The translations under genes were made by a program, and so were the position numbers. From the human T2T-CHM13v2.0 reference genome, Homo sapiens, in NCBI RefSeq assembly GCF_009914755.1, contig NC_060940.1: 64,000 bases of DNA; one strand, written 5' to 3'. Under the pieces are notes generated by a model that did no database searches, was not told the DNA's origin, and saw nothing but the letters and a program-made list of their open reading frames with translations. Positions 53,240 to 64,000 of the stretch are shown one piece after another. Numbering within the stretch: the first letter of the stretch is position 1; each line of letters opens with the position of its first letter.

Positions 53240-56200
53240 CTTGGCCAGGGCTGGGGGAGAGGAAAGAGGGGAGGGACTGAGAAGGAGGTGCCCCAGCTGG
53301 AGCCCCCAGACCCTACGGCAGCCCGGCCCTGCCCCCGTTGGGAATACAGCCAGTGGAGGCGGGAGCTTCTGCCTGGGCACGGACGGTCCTGGCCCAGTGG
53401 GTGAGGCCAAGGCCGAGGCTCAGGGGCTGCTACACTCTGGGCCGCACCAGGCACCCTGCACACCTGGAGTCGGGGAGTCCTGGTCCCCAAAGCTGGGGCC
53501 CCCACACCCGGCAGATGGTGGGGAAGCCGTTGTGGGACACAGAGGTCTCTGAGACAGCCCTCTAAACTCAGGAGCGGGTAGCCGCCCAAGGCCCCACCCA
53601 CTGTGGCTGGGCAGAGCCCTGGGGCGTGGTGGCTGGTCTGCTCCAGGGAAAGGCCCCCCAAGGCTGGCCTGGGGTGGGGGGCCCTGCACAGTGCACAGAG
53701 GCACCGTCTCAGCCAGGCCCAGAGAGCCTCTCGTCCGGAGCCCCCAGGGCAGGGCCTGCAGGGGCCTCGGGAGGCCACTCCTCTGCCTCCCCCAGACTAG
53801 GGAAGGATGGTCCCACCTTGGTGCCGAGGGGAAGCCAGAGCCAACCTGGGTCCCCCTGAGCAAGGTAGGCCCCCTCCCAACAGCAGCTGCCCCAACAAGC
53901 CTGGCCCCCCTGCCAGGTGGGCCTTGCCTACCCCACTCCCCTCACAGCCACATCTGGAGGCTTGGCCAGGAGTGTCTTCCGCTAGGGCAGGTGCACGGGT
54001 CGGGATCCTCAATATTCCCTGAAGATGGGCTCTGCTGGACAAAGATCTAGGCTGCCTCCTTCAGGAAGCCCTCTGGGATTGTAGCACAGGGCAAGGTCCT
54101 TCCTCCTGCAGTGGGTCATTCCAGGTGGGTGGAATGTCTCTGGCAGTTGAGACACCCTCTGCCTGCCTCCCCATGAGCTCAGCAGACCCTGACTCACCCC
54201 CTGGCCCCACTGGACACCACAAGAGCCCCCCTGGACTCCTCCGGCAGAGGGAGCCTGGCAGGAGTGGGTGTGTGCATGCACGGAGGCCTGCAGGAGCCCC
54301 CACGGAGTTCCCGGCCGTCCCAGCCCCTGGCCCTGCCTGGCAGACAATCAGGGCTGGATCATGCTCCGCTGGGGTTCAGGGGGAGCCCGACCTGCCCAGG
54401 GCGGCTGTGAAGACTCCCACAACCAGCCCCAGGCCCTGTGCTTCCTGTTACCGTCTCAGGGATGCTCCCTGCCTGGCCGGCCGTCTGTGTTACTGTCCCA
54501 GCAACCCAGCCGTCAAAGAGCCCTTTCATGCCCGCCTGGGCGCCCGTGGCTTCCTCTGGGCTGTCCAAGAGCAACAGGCCGAGAGGCCAGCTCCGCCGAG
54601 CCCTGGACAGGATCCTGGCAGGGCCCCTGTGTCCACTGCGAAGCCTGCCTCGCGGCCCCAGGGTCCTCCTGCCAGCCCCGTGCCCATGAGCGGGGCTGGG
54701 GCCCGGCGTCTTGGCCGGCTGGGTTGGGGGATGGTGCCGTGGGCACGCAGCTCTCCTCCATCGGGAAACCAAGCCTGCTGCCCGCCTGGGGTGCGGCGCC
54801 CTGAGGAGAAGCAGGCAGATGGAAGCTGTGGCTGGGCGGGCCCGGCGGGGGGGCTGTAGGCCGAGGCCCGTGTTCGGGGCCCAGACCAGGGCCTCCATGC
54901 TGCACGGGGCCCCCATGGCCACCAAGCCACCGGGTGACGCACAGCCCTCATGCTGCTGGCGGGGAAGCCAGGCTGGATGGAGCCCAGGAGCGCAGCCTCC
55001 CCAGGCTCCGTGGGGTCTCTTCATTCCCTCATGACACCCCTGGGGAGGCCCCGCACCAGCCCCGCCTCTCAGCGGATAAGGACTGGGCCGGACGACTCGC
55101 GGGAATGACTTCTAGGCCTCCCAGGCCTCAGCGGGCGGGGGCTCCATTCTCTGTGGGCCCCAGGCCAAGCCCACACAGCACCTTGGCCTTGTCCCGCTCC
55201 GACCCTGGGCCTCTGGACACGGACACGCGGCCATTCCCCACAGGTCCTTCCTCCACAAGCCGGCCCCTGTTGTGGGAGGTGCTGGACGTGGCAGGAGAAT
55301 TGTGGCGGCCTTGCCTGAAAGCAGGCTGTGGGCGGGGAGGGGCCCCGAGCTGGCTCAGTCCCCTCGGCAGATTTGTGTGCGACCTGGGGTCCCGCTCTCC
55401 CCGCAGCCCCTCAGCTTGGCCTGGCCCTCAGCACCCCCATGCTAAAGACCGAGGAGGAAAGGAGGACAGGAGGTGAGGGGAGACCAAGGGGTCCCCCCTG
55501 TGGGAGCTTCGTGTGCCAGGCTGCGGGCAACGGGCTGGGGAGGGCTGTGGTGGGGACCGCACCAGCTGTAGCCGGTTCCAGGCTCCCCCCTCCAGGTGGC
55601 CCTGGGCGGTGACAGCTCACCCTTGGCAGCGGCACCCACTAGGCCCAGCGGCCCCCTCTGGGGACAGCCATCTTCACCCTGTTGGCTGTGGTGACACAGA
55701 TGGGGTGTGAAGACCTGAGCGCCTGTGACTATGGCACCTGCATCCGACCGAGCCGGCTCAGCGTGGCTGTGCCCTGGGCGGCGAGAACACAGCTCTGCAG
55801 ATGTGTCCCAGTGGGACAGTGTGCTCCTGGGGCTTGCAGAGAAAGACGGGCGGACGCCCACACTCTGCTGTGCCCTGGGTCTGAGCCTCAGCCTCCCATG
55901 CCCGTGAAATGGGCACCCATGGAGCTCAGAAGTATCCAGAGCGTCCCTGAGGCCTAGACACAGGGAACCCTGTGCCCCTCAGTGCCCCCCGACGCCAGCA
56001 GAACTGCCCCCTAAAAAGAGAGGCATGTTCCTGACAGTCCCCCTTGAGGGCAGGTCCCAGAGCCTCCCCACGCACAGAGCAGGGTGGAGGGAGGCTGAGG
56101 GGTGGGTGAACGGCCCGGGAAGGGTGCCTTTGGGTCCCTTGGGTTCGGGTGGCCCGGGATGACCCGTCCTGGGGAGAGTCCGTCTGGGCAGGCGGCTGGC

Positions 56201-59200
56201 AGGGCCGATGCCTGAACTATGTGGCACAGAAGCTGCAGGCCAGGCCTGAGTGGGGTGGGCAGGGAGCGCGGGGGGTGACTCAGTGGGGCAGGACAGCATG
56301 TCTCCTGGACAGAAATAGCCCTGGCCAGGCATGACCGCGGCATTGCCGTGGCGACGGGGGAGCGGCTGCTGCCGGGTGCCCTGGGGCCCACCCCCCACAG
56401 ACACCCAGCAGCGTCCCAGGCGGGCCCCGGGAGGGCCGCCCCCTCTCCGTGCTGCGGGGCGCTTGTGCCAGTGAGGTGCGGGTGGAGGTGCCAGGCACTG
56501 GGGGAGGGGGCCTCAGCAAGACCCCCGACTCCACCCCTCTCTCCCAGCCTTCAGCTCCCTGCTGTACAGACTGGGGGCTCCTGGACGCCTGGGCTCACTC
56601 AGCCCCCGAGAGGAGTGGATGATCTTTCTAAAGGAAGGCGTTTGGGGTCCACCCAGAAAGTGGGGAGGGCTCCATCCCTGGGTTTCAGGATTTTACTACT
56701 AGACTGCGAAAGTCTGGGCCTCCTTTTTCAGCACAAGGCGGGCGGCCCCCGCGTGCCCTAGTCCAGTGGTCTGCCTGCACGTGGGGGAGTGGGGAGGTCA
56801 GGAAATTGGGGGCGGGGGTGTTGGCCCCTCTCCAGCCGGGGAGTCGCCCCCATTGCTGCAGCCATCAGCCTGGCCCTGACGTGGGAGCACAGTGGGCGCA
56901 GGGACCCCTGGGCTCAGTGTCCCCAGCTGTAAAGTGCACGTGAGGCCTGACATTGGAACCTGCCTTGTGCTCGGAACAGCGCCTGGCTCCGTGTTCCCAG
57001 GCTGGTGCCACCAGCCAGCCTCAGCGACTCCTTCCAGGCCCCCTCCCCCGTGCCCCAACCCTCGGCTTCTCATCAGCCACCCCCTCCCCGAGGGGACATG
57101 CCAGAGCGCTGCCTGGGCCTGGGCAATAATGAGGCCTGAGTGCGCGGCCGGCGCGGAGGGACCATTATCTCCCAAGGCTCTTAATGGCCACTGGCCGAGA
57201 GTACATGTGATGAGCCGCCACAGGAGGTGACAGCAGCCGGCAGCTCCCTGTGGGGCTGGAGCAGACACGGCACGGGGACCTCACCCCAAACCCACACCCA
57301 CGGAGGCTGGCACGGGGTCTGAGTTCCACCCAGAGCCCTGGATGCGGGATGGGGCAGTGCCAGGCCACCCCTCCTGCAGCTGCCACCCACCCACACCCTC
57401 CCCCTCCCTGGCCATGGTGTCCCAGGTGGCAGGGAGTGAAGCCCCCACCCAGGAGCCTCCCGTGGCTCAGGGGCCTTTGAGTTCACCAGCTTCTGCCTGG
57501 CTCCAGGCCCCCCCATGCCAGGGGGACTGCAGAGAGGCGGTTCCTCGTTCCCCCGGCAGGTCACTGCTCCAGACCGTCTGGTGCTCTTGAGCAGCTTTGA
57601 GGGGCTGCGTGCACAGGACATGAGCTGCCTGCAGCCCCCGGGTGAGGCTCCACGCTGGGTCCTCTTCTCTGTTCCTGGCTGCTCAGACCCAGTGGCAACA
57701 GCACCCAGGGTGAATTTTAATGGCCCCAAAGAATGAGAGTCGGGCCCTGGTTGTCGCCGTGGTGACCGGCGGCTCCTAACGAACAACATGGCTTCCGTGG
57801 TGACAGGAGGTGACATTTTCTCTGGAACATCCTGTGCTGGAGAGAAGGTTCTGGAAGCTCTCAGGCCCACCTTTCAGGGTCAGGGTCTGCCCCTCTGGGA
57901 GGGGCCAGGTGGGCAGAGGAATCGTTGCTGCCCGGCAGTGGGGCTCCGAGCTGGTGGGGGGCCCGGTCCGGTCAGCAATGAGCCTATCGCAGCACGGCCT
58001 CTCCCAAATCACAGCAGCTGCCCTGCTCCCTGGGCGGTCCCGGGGCTGCAGGAGAAAGGGCAGGAGGACCCATCCGTGCTAAGGCTTGGAGCTGAATCAC
58101 GTGGCAGGGCCTGGGCTTTCCCGGGCCTCGGCGTCCTGTCTGCAAAACGGGGATAAGTACCCTCTCTCCGGGGTCACCAGCATGGGCTGGGGCCTGGCCA
58201 CTGCCTACATGCAGCTCCCCCCACCACCAGACAGCAGGGGGGACCGCCTGAGTCCATCCCACCTGCTGGGGGTGCCCTCGCACGCCCCCGCCACACACAC
58301 CTCTTCCTCCCACAGGGCCCAGGGCTGAGGGAGAGGGGCTGCCTGGGCAGGCACCCGGGTGAGAGAGCCCAGAGACCTGAAGGGCTTGGCCTCAGTGAGC
58401 TCCAGATGAGGCGAGAGGCCCAGCCCTTGTACCTTGGCCTGTGCTGTGGAAGTCAGGCCCCCTCCTCCAGGAAGCCCTCCCTGCCCCACCTGCTCACACA
58501 CAGCCTCGCCCAGATTTCTCCCCGTGCAGGCTCCGCCCGCCAGGTGACCGTGCTGGCAGTCAGCACCGTCCCCTCCCCACAGCAAACAGCAGGAGACTTG
58601 GGGTGGCGTTTTTCCTCTCCAGCAGTGGCCTCTGCAGGGGGTGTCAGCAGGTGGGGGAGAGAGGTCCGGTAGCCCCACTTGAAAGGCGCCCCACTCTCCT
58701 CCCAGCGCCCCCCGCGCAGCATCTTCCACCTGCTGATCTCACCCAGCTCACAGGTGTCCCAGTGGGTGGTTGAGGCAGAGGGGCTTGTACCTGTTACCTC
58801 CCCGTCCCCTCCAGGCTGGTATAGGAGCCCTATGGGCCTGGGTCTTGGAGACGGCACCCCCACCTACATGCTCTCCGGGTGGGCCCCATCCTGGGGGGTG
58901 CGGGAGGGACCCCCTGCCGATCTGCCTGTCTAAGTCTGGGAGTCCTGGGGACAGTGGGGCTGCGGAAGGGGGCAGTCTGGGTGGGACCCACCTGGAGGAT
59001 CCTCCCAGCTGGTGCACCAGCAGTGGGAGGAGCTCCGGGCAGAGCGAGTGCCCAGTCTCAAAGGATATGAAGTTGAGGCTGGGGGCCTAGAGGTGCAGGG
59101 GGAGGAGGTGGGGAGGCGCGGGGGGAGGGGGCGGGGAGGTGCGGGGGGAGGGGGCGGGGAGGTGCAGGGGTCCCAAAGGATGTCCCAAGGCCCCAAGACT

Positions 59201-59518
59201 CTGGCGAAAGGACGGAGGAGCCAGCACTGGTGGGGGAGCGGGGAGGCGAGCAGGGAGCGGAGCCGGATGGCCAGGCTCTGGGCTGGACACGCCATCCGTG
59301 GCTGGGCTGTGCTGTGGAGCCCCAGCCCTCACCTGCTCTTGTCCTGCCCTCTGAGGCCCGGGGGCTCCTGCTCCTGGGCTCTGACACCAACCCTGTCATC
59401 CCACGGATGAGTCCGTGGGTAGAGCTGCCACACGGGGGACTGAGACTCCAGCCCAGACGGACAGTGAGGGGAAGCCCCGCCCTGGCGCACACGCCCCGTG
59501 TGGAAAGCTAACGTGCTC

Positions 59519-59524
59519 TTTATT
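59519..59524 (-). terminator. PolyA signal of the TEKT4-like pseudogene
   Basis: Minus-strand AATAAA ~50 nt downstream of the ancestral stop. Confidence 0.75.
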
Positions 59525-59574
59525 TGGGAGACGGGACAGAAAACGCAGGACGGCGCCTGCACGGTGCCAGATAC

Positions 59575-59789
59575 TCACTGGCAGCCAGGCGCAGCTGCAG
59601 GACCGTGGGGTAGCGGCGTGGTGGCCATGCACGCCTGGCGGTCGACATAGAGGCTGTTGGTCTTGACGGCGATGTTTTTCTCCAGGCTCCTGCACGTACT
59701 CCAGGTTGCCCAGCGACTGCTCCACTTCTAGAAGCTTCTCCCGCAGCACCACCAGGGACGCATGCAGCCCCTCCACCTCATTCCCCAGC
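59575..59789 (-). pseudogene. TEKT4-like exon 6 (terminal) remnant
   Basis: ccctcAG|, then LGNEVEGLHASLVVLREKLLEVEQSLGNLEYVQ / SLEKNIAVKTNSLYVDRQACMA / RYPTVLQL / GCQ* (TGA 59577-59575). Matches the tektin-4 C-terminus ...RYPTILQLAGYQ*. Confidence 0.93.
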
Positions 59790-59949
59790 CTGAGGGTGCG
59801 GGGCATGAGTGGGGCTGCAGAAGGGAGCAGCAGGCACCTTCCAGTCTGGGAGGGACAGGACCCAAGGCTCACAGGCTGGGACTGGGGCAGCAGGAGGTCC
59901 TGGCAAGACCCCGTGAAGGATCCCTAAGGGAAGTCCACCAAAAAAAGCC

Positions 59950-59973
59950 CCGGTCTGTGATTTTCCGCAGCGT
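59950..59973 (-). pseudogene. TEKT4-like exon 5, 5' stub only
   Basis: ctgcctgcAG|, then TLRKITDR versus TLREITDQ. The rest, including the tektin RPNxELCRD signature, is not found and is presumably deleted. Confidence 0.7.
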
Positions 59974-60662
59974 CTGCAGGCAGCACAGTGCCTGTGGGCC
60001 TACACCTGGGGCAAGCAGGGTGCTGGCGTCCCCGTGCCCCGGTGTGTGGGCCGGGCCAGGCCAGCGCTGTTCTCCTTCACCAGCTCGGTCACCGGAACCC
60101 CAGCCAGAGGCACCCAGCCCCTGGGGCTGTGTCGAGGGCGGCTCTGTCCAGGGCCCAGGGGAGGTGCAGATGAAGGACCGTCGTTCATGGCCACCCAGCC
60201 TTCCCGGGGCACCCAGAGGGGTCCGGAGAGTCAGCACAGCCTGTTGCCCCGCAAGCTCCAGCCCCAGAGCCCCCAGCCCCCAAGACCCCAGCCCTGCTCA
60301 AGGACTCAGGGGACTCAGGCAGCCGAGGCCACGCTGAGACCCTAGTCAGAGCCCTGTGGCTGGGCCAGGATGGCTGGGGACAACCACGGTGGGTGGCCCA
60401 TGCTCCCTAAACCTCCTCCTGCCCCATCCTCCCCCACACCCCATGCCCAGCTGCTCAGTCGAGGGTGGAACACCTGCCAGCCATGCCCAATGTCACCTGG
60501 TTTCACATCCTTGGAAGGGGAGCCCAGAGAGGTGGGGCCTCTGCTTCTGGAGTCCCTCGGGGTGGGCAGCCAGGGGACGGGAGGTGCTGGGGGCTCAGGC
60601 CAGGTTGTGAGGGGGCAGAGTGGCGGCCGGCCTCAGGGGTCTGGGAGTTTAGGGCGCCCCAC

Positions 60663-60790
60663 CTGGAGCAGGCAATGCTGCACCTGGTGCCACATGACCT
60701 CTAGGTGAAGCCGCAGGCCCAGACACTGTCGCACAGGACGCAGTCACGGCACCGCCCAGGTCCTCCTGCCAGAAGCTGGCTCCTGGCCCC
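60663..60790 (-). pseudogene. TEKT4-like exon 4 remnant with internal deletions
   Basis: ASFWQEDLGGA / DCVLCDS..LRLH / LEVMWHQVQHCLLQ|GTGGGG versus AKFTQDNLCRA / DCILRDTSEDLRLQ / LEDARYKLHHHLHK. Acceptor not recognisable. Confidence 0.72.
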
Positions 60791-61650
60791 CGGCACCCCC
60801 AGGCCTCGAAACCCCGCGTCCCGCCCACGACCCCGCCCTGCGCCCCTCGCAGACCCACGCACCCCTTGTGCCTTCCTTGACTCCGTGGCCCCGGTGGTCC
60901 TTTGCCTCCCACAGCCCCCCACCGCCCACCCTTGCGCCCTCATGCCCTGCCTCCCTGTGGTATCCAAACCCCCCACGGTCCCCACGCTGCAGCCGCCCCC
61001 AGCGCCCCGCCTTCCCGCAGCCCCCCTCACCTCCCACAGCCCCCACCTCCCTCCACAGACCCCCGCAGCACTCACCGCCCCCCAGACGCCCTCCCCCAGC
61101 CCCCCTCACCTCCCACAGCCCCCACCTCCCTCCACAGACCCCCGCAGCACTCACCGCCCCCCAGACGCCCTCCCCCAGCCCCTGCCGCCCCCCTACAGGC
61201 CCTCCTAGTCTCCGCACCCCCCCCCCCGGCCCCCCTCCCGGCTCCCTCCCCGGCCCCGAGTTGGCGACGCTGCCGTGGGCGGTGGGCGCTCGCCCTCTGC
61301 CGGCCGCGCGCGGAAATGCGGTCTCGCCGTTGCCTGGGACTGACCCCGCCCCGCCCCGTCCTGCTCCGGGCAGCCCCGCGGGTGAGCTGGGTGCGCGCTG
61401 GGTGCTTGGGGTCTGGCTCGCTCTCCCATCCCCGGGCAGACAGCTGCACGGGTGGCCTCGTGGTCCATGGCCTCCGGCTGGGCCGGGGAAAGCCGTTTCG
61501 CGGAGCACGCCCGGCGGGTAAGGTGAGACCACAGCCAGGGCCGGGGCGGGGCAGGCAGGCGGGGGCCACCTCTCCTGGCAGGCGGTGGACGGGGGCCCTG
61601 CGCCTCGTGCTCTGGCTGGGAGCGCGCAGAGCTCCTCCATGCTGTGGGCG
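60700..61650. promoter_or_regulatory. CpG island inside intron 3 of the TEKT4-like pseudogene
   Basis: Dense CpGs at 61200-61560, GC boxes (CCCCGCCCCGCCCC ~61344) and GCGGAAAT. Confidence 0.6.
61018..61180. repeat. 79-bp tandem duplication
   Basis: cagccccctcacctcccacagcccccacctccctccacagaccccgcagcactcaccgccccccagacgccctcccc at 61018 and 61097. Confidence 0.9.
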
Positions 61651-61700
61651 CCACATTGTCCGACCAGCCCCGACTTCAGGTCTTCTTGTGCAGGCTCAGC
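61570..61700 (-). pseudogene. TEKT4-like exon 3 remnant
   Basis: AG|, then LSLHKKT*SRGWSDNV / AHSMEELC / SQST / STACQE|GT versus LNREHKETCEMDWSDKMEAYNIDETC...SQST...STTFQES. Stop at 61678. Confidence 0.85.
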
Positions 61701-62028
61701 CTGGCGTTGGGGGGCAGTGGTGGGGTCCCCTCCCCACCGCGGGCTGGACCCGAGTCCTGCTTCAGGAGGCAGCTCCGAGCCTGTCCCGGGAGGCCCCTGT
61801 TAGCAGAGCCCGGGAGCACGGCCAGGCTGGGAGGCTGCAGGTCAGGGGCGGGGCTGGTCTCTAGCCCCTCAGGCCCCCAGGCTGGGCCTTCGGAACCTGC
61901 GCCACCCAGCCCTTCGCTCTGCTGTGACCTGGGGCAGCCCCAGCTGTTGTCCATGTCCTGCCTCAGGGCCAGCCGGGGGTGAGGGTCAGGGGCCATCCCC
62001 TGGGCAGCCCTCAGGTTGCAGGACCCTC

Positions 62029-62098
62029 TGGATCTGTTTCCGGCTTGCACGGTGGGCCTTTCCAGCAGCTCCGGAATGCTCCCGATGAGCTCAGCTTC
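62029..62098 (-). pseudogene. TEKT4-like exon 2 remnant
   Basis: Acceptor ctcctcatccAG|, then EAELIGSIPELLERPTVQA..QI versus TEKT4 EAELIRNIQELLKRTIMQAVSQIR. Donor degenerate. Confidence 0.88.
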
Positions 62099-63295
62099 CT
62101 GGATGAGGAGGCGCCCCTGAGCCCCAGACCCCGGAACCTGCCAAGGGTCCCAGGAGGCCCGGAGGCTGCAGGCCTTGGTCAGCACTAGCTTACTCGGGAG
62201 GAGCAGAGTGTGGGGCCTGAGTCCTGGCTGGGTGTCCGGGCCAGGCCCCACTTGTTCGCCCTCAGGCCTTTCCCCTGGAAAGTGGCACACAAGCCCAGCT
62301 CCCTCCTCGGTTTATTCCGGGCTTTTGGATGTTCTTGGTGGGTTGGAAGTGGGGTGCTTTCCTCCAGGGGCCTCTCCGGGCTGCTGGGAGGGTCCCCTCA
62401 TGGTAGTTCCCACGCCCCAGGCTTTGGGGGTCATACCTGCCGTTCCCCGTGGTTCACCTCCCTGTTCCTGCACTGGGCAGGCAGGGCGAGCGAGGGCTGG
62501 GCCCGGGGTCTCTGGGCTCAGGGCGGAGGGGTTAGCACGGGAACCACAGGAGTTCTTGAACCACTGAGGGGGTGCAGAGGAGGGGCCTGGGGAGGGGAAG
62601 GAAAGGGGAAGGGAAGGCCTGGGGAGGAAGGAGGGATGCGAGGTCCTGAGCTCGGGGGTGCAGCAAGGGAACCCTGAGGCTCCTGCACCAGCTGCCCCCA
62701 CCCACATATTTTGCTCATAGACCTAACAGTGCGTTCACAGGGAGGCCCCAGGCTCTGAGAGGTGGCAGAATTCTCCAGAGCGAGCACTGGGGCCAGGATT
62801 GGTAACCCCCTCACCCTACGGGGCTGCTTCACGGACAGGTCGTGCTGGATTCGGAAGGGACAGAGCGTTCGGAGGAGAGGGCACTGGGGGTGCAAATCTT
62901 TGAGGTCAGGGCTCCATACAGGATGAATGGGTACCAGTGGCCCCCAGCGCACTCTTCCTGTCCACACCTGCAGCACTGACCTGGGTTCCCAGCTCGGGAG
63001 CAGTTGTCCCAGCAAGAGATGCCTTTGGGGAGGTGCCCTGTGGCTCAGCCCCGGGAGCTCAGGGCTGAATGTGCCTGGACTCAAGGGGGCAGGAGGAGGG
63101 GAGGGGCCCAGAGGAGACACAGCTGCTTGCAAGCCAGGTGCCCCTTGGGGCAAAACCAGCTTCTGTGGTTAAGGGGCCAGATTTCGGGACTCAAGGGTCT
63201 TGTGTGCCTGTAGCAGCCACGTAGCTTGTCCACATGAACGGCCAGGCTGCTCCTCTCCGTGGCTGCACGTCCTGGCCACCCCGAGGCCGCAGCAC

Positions 63296-63810
63296 TTTCA
63301 GCAGCTCCGTCTCCACGTAGTCGCCCACGAGGTAAGGGTGCCAGCATTGCTCGTGGTACTGCAGGTTGTTGGTGGCGATGGAGAAGGGCACGGTCATGGT
63401 GTCCGAGGCATGACACAGCTGCGGCTCCGGGGCCAGCAGCAGGCGGGTCTCAGCGGCGGTGCTACCACCTCCCACTCAGGCTCCAACTTCCAGCCGCGCG
63501 TGTCCTACGGCTGCCGCCCACCCTGTGTGTGTGGAGTCCCTTTGTGTGCACTGTGCCGCGGCCTCGGTCTCCGCTGCCCACTGCTGGCTCTCATGCTGCT
63601 GCTATGCCAACGGTTCGAAGGTGATGGTGGCCGGCGTCATGGTTCTGGAGCCACTTGTCCAGCAGGTGCTAGGCCACTGGGAGCCAGCGGTGGCCAGGCT
63701 GGAGGACGTGCAGGCACCTGTGTTTCAGGCCACGTCGCACAGCTTTGGGGGACAACTGGAATGGTCTGTGGGGCCGGCTGCTTGGTCAGGAGCGTGTCCA
63801 TCTGTGCCAT
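63296..63810 (-). pseudogene. TEKT4-like exon 1 remnant
   Basis: Starts gacaccATGG. Blocks: MAQMDTLLTKQPAPQTI / CDVA*NTGACTSSSLATAG / *HLLDKWLQN / *QQHESQQWAAETEAAAQCTQRDSTHT / *DTRGWKLE / AAETRLLLA...VPFSIATNNLQYHEQCWHPYLVGDYVETELLK|GT. Stops at 63727, 63671, 63604 and 63507. Confidence 0.93.
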
Positions 63811-63909
63811 GGTGTCCACCAGGGCCGGGGGAGTGAGGGGTGGGGTCAGCCCAGCCAGGTCAGTGGGGAAGCTCCAGCCACTCAGTCCCAGAGCAGGATG
63901 CGGCTCCCA

Positions 63910-63921
63910 GTTGCCTGGTAC
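63910..63921. promoter_or_regulatory. Degenerate RFX X-box upstream of the TEKT4-like ATG
   Basis: GTTGCCTGGTAC lies ~100 bp upstream of the pseudo-ATG. X-boxes are typical of ciliary gene promoters. Confidence 0.4.
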
Positions 63922-64000
63922 ACACCGACGGCCTCCATTACTGGGCACCAGGGATCCCCCCGAAGTGGCTGAGAGAGGCGGCATTCAGGGTGGGCAGAGC

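Larger units (their letters stand above)
59519..63810 (-). pseudogene. Unprocessed (intron-containing) tektin-4-like pseudogene, six exon remnants
   Basis: Frame-switched translations match TEKT4 in collinear order across six blocks. Most blocks have recognisable AG and/or GT boundaries. Multiple stops, frameshifts and deletions. AATAAA ~50 nt after the stop. Confidence 0.93.

Noticed and set aside
53300-54700. C1QTNF8 upstream non-coding exons and promoter
   Set aside because: The acceptor at 53252-53251 implies they exist, but several candidate donors are equally plausible, so none was called.
59396-63984. TEKT4-like sequence as a functional gene
   Set aside because: Several stops and frameshifts within the first ~100 codons, internal deletions in exon 4, and loss of most of exon 5.

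Overview
This is GC-rich mammalian genomic DNA that I recognise as human chr16p13.3, the SSTR5 / C1QTNF8 interval. It holds two intact protein-coding genes. SSTR5 is on +, with a single coding exon at 36626-37720 (364 aa, Leu335 allele), a likely non-coding first exon near 30.4 kb and a polyA signal at 39189. C1QTNF8/CTRP8 is on -, with coding exons 53239-53032 and 52368-51818 (252 aa). An antisense lncRNA (SSTR5-AS1) probably runs from about 36.5 kb to 21.8 kb. The most striking feature is invisible in the ORF track: a heavily decayed, intron-containing tektin-4 (TEKT4) gene on - at 59575-63810. Remnants of all six exons lie in order, with most splice sites, a polyA signal and an X-box-like promoter relic. 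From recalled synteny this is the ancestral Tekt4 position, whereas functional human TEKT4 is on chr2. Other notable structure includes three short non-transposon inverted duplications of different ages and a 28-bp VNTR (about 60 copies) that seems built from an L2 3' tail and sits in a C1QTNF8 3'UTR intron. There is also a reconstituted 5' splice site at the C1q exon, several minisatellites and motif clusters, and many Alu/MaLR/ERV1/L1 fragments. Almost all other ORFs in the track are GC- or repeat-driven noise. Repeat subfamily calls, repeat boundaries and reference-protein comparisons are by eye or from memory, not database searches.
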